Shown here one piece after another: positions 62,777 through 64,000 of a DNA stretch of 64,000 nt. Source of the DNA: Pseudomonadota bacterium (lineage in GTDB: Bacteria > Pseudomonadota > Alphaproteobacteria > Rhizobiales > Rhizobiaceae); assembly GCA_043822005.1 (NCBI GenBank), contig JBDRCE010000031.1, forward strand, positions 2,513 to 66,512, read 5' to 3'. The position numbers and the translations under genes are program-made. The notes under the pieces are model-generated. The model did no database searches. It saw only the letters and a program-made list of their open reading frames with translations, and had not been told where the DNA came from. The stretch's first letter is position 1; every line of letters starts with the position of its first letter.

Positions 62777-62787
62777 GGAACAGCACC

Positions 62788-63210
62788 ATGCTCAACGGAA
62801 AAGAAACTGCCGCCCTGATGCTCGCCGCAGGTTGGACGGCGGCTGCATTCGCAACGTCGCTCAACGCGACGATCCGCGGCGAACTCGCGCGCCCGTCCAA
62901 CAAGGCCGAACCCGAGGAAATCACCGTCGAGCAGGCCGAGCGGTTCCTCGCCAAGGGTGAAGGGATCAACGGCGACACCGCCGACGTTCTCGAACGCTGG
63001 GCCGAGCGCCGCATGGGCCTCAGTGGCGCAAGCGGCAAGGTGTTCTCGAAACCGCAGGAGATGCAGACGCTGTCGATGGTCAGTCCGCCGGTCATCATCG
63101 CCGATGATGTCGCGCTGTCGCAGGACAACGCCGACATCGCTTTCCGCGACGAAACCAACCAGCGCGCCCGCAAGAAGATGCTCGCTGACGGCATCACCCA
63201 TTCTGCCTGA
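62788..63210 (+). CDS. Hypothetical phage-region protein (140 aa)
   Basis: ORF 12 nt after the protease gene. No motif, and not recognisable as a capsid protein. Confidence 0.45.
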   Translation: MLNGKETAALMLAAGWTAAAFATSLNATIRGELARPSNKAEPEEITVEQAERFLAKGEGINGDTADVLERWAERRMGLSGASGKVFSKPQEMQTLSMVSPPVIIADDVALSQDNADIAFRDETNQRARKKMLADGITHSA

Positions 63211-63212
63211 TC

Positions 63213-63428
63213 ATGACGCGCAACGTTCGCCAGCTTCTCGATGATGCAGAGCGCGAGCAGGAGCAAAACCTGCACAACGCCGCTTCGGATTGGAAGCTGG
63301 AGAAGCGCCGGCGTGACCTCGACGCAGCGATGCCGACCTTGCCTGACCGGGCGCGTCCTATTATCGAGATGAACATCGGCGACGGCCAATTCTTCCGCAC
63401 ATTCGACATGGGGAACGCGACAAGATGA
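63213..63428 (+). CDS. Hypothetical phage-region protein (71 aa)
   Basis: ORF 2 nt after the previous stop. Confidence 0.4.
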   Translation: MTRNVRQLLDDAEREQEQNLHNAASDWKLEKRRRDLDAAMPTLPDRARPIIEMNIGDGQFFRTFDMGNATR

Positions 63429-63558
63429 CCGTCCAGAGCCGCGCCCGAAACGGGAACGGATTCCAATGACGCCTACGTATTCTCCGGGGTACAGCAGGGA
63501 CGGGTCCGGAACGAAGCAGACGACGACCGTTGTTGATGGCGAGAACCGAGCCAGAGGG

Positions 63559-63741
63559 CATGGAGTTAGTTCGTCGTTCCGCGACTGAGCCGCTGAGATG
63601 AGCGACTTCGATGCGTCACTGTTCGAAAGGTGTCTGGCTCACGCAGTCTTGACAGGAACCATAGCAGTTCATGGACGGACGGACCTTATCGAGCGCCGTC
63701 GCCCGATCATGGAGGCCTGGGCTGGATTCGTGACAGGGTGA
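63559..63741 (+). pseudogene. 3' remnant of a P4-type tyrosine integrase gene
   Basis: Reads HGVSSSFRD-stop-AAEMSDFDASLFERCLAHAV...TDLIERRRPIMEAWAGFVTG. This resembles the HGFRSSFRDWA...E.ALAH...AAY.R.D..E.RR.LM..W integrase C-terminus. TGA replaces the expected Trp codon, the catalytic Tyr position is not preserved, and there is no N-terminal part upstream. Confidence 0.6.
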
Positions 63742-64000
63742 GACACGGATTGAGCATCGACGCGGAGACCGAAGGGATACCTGGTCAGCGTTCGCCGCGA
63801 GCTAATGCAGTTTGTGGGAGGAAGCACCTAAGGGTAGGGCGCAAGATCGAAATAAGCGCCCGAGAGTTGTCTTCTACCGCTGTCCTAAACTAGAGTACCG
63901 GACGGGTACAGGGTAGAAAATCCAACACGCTCATGGCTAAGGTTGTTCTTGCTGACCGCGAGGTCGCACTCATCAAAGGACTGATCCAGCACAAAGGCCT

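Larger units (their letters stand above)
58800..64000. mobile_element. Decayed prophage or integrated-element remnant (continues past the window edge)
   Basis: Visibly lower G+C than the flanks. Short ORFs without housekeeping matches. Contains an HTH ORF, an HK97-type prohead protease gene without neighbouring portal or capsid genes, and an integrase remnant. Confidence 0.55.

Overview
High-GC alphaproteobacterial chromosome segment. Gene content and protein sequences look Rhizobiales/Hyphomicrobiales-like, for example an AatA-type aspartate aminotransferase, long UvrB, the ugpBAEC operon and an HWE histidine kinase; this placement is an inference. Most of the window is housekeeping: carB, ogt, ugpBAEC, aatA, uvrB, two cspA paralogues, ilvE, a marR-ompR-envZ-like cluster, pth, rplY, chrBA-like genes and prs. 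Several accessory patches interrupt it. (1) 239-8028: a stand-alone AlgI/AlgJ-like O-acetylation pair, followed by a restriction island. The island holds a helicase-less type ISP/IIG-like nuclease-methyltransferase fusion, a translationally coupled small ORF and Mrr. (2) 11860-14200: a sharply AT-richer islet after carB. It encodes a 602-aa protein whose C-terminal half carries a nitrilase-superfamily E-K-C triad behind an unrecognisable N-domain. This is my best candidate for an undescribed conflict or defence module. (3) 29729-35278: two tandem signal-peptide caspase(C14)-TPR proteins. (4) 58800-64000: a lower-GC decayed prophage or island with an orphan HK97-type prohead protease and a truncated, stop-containing integrase remnant. 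GC-rich palindromic REP/MITE-like elements are scattered through the window, and two of them sit in-frame inside open reading frames. An FMN riboswitch precedes a ribH2-type lumazine synthase gene that is frameshifted in this sequence. I saw no rRNA, tRNA or CRISPR array. The many long antisense ORFs in the track are high-GC artefacts. All functional calls rest on motifs I recognise by eye; no searches were run.
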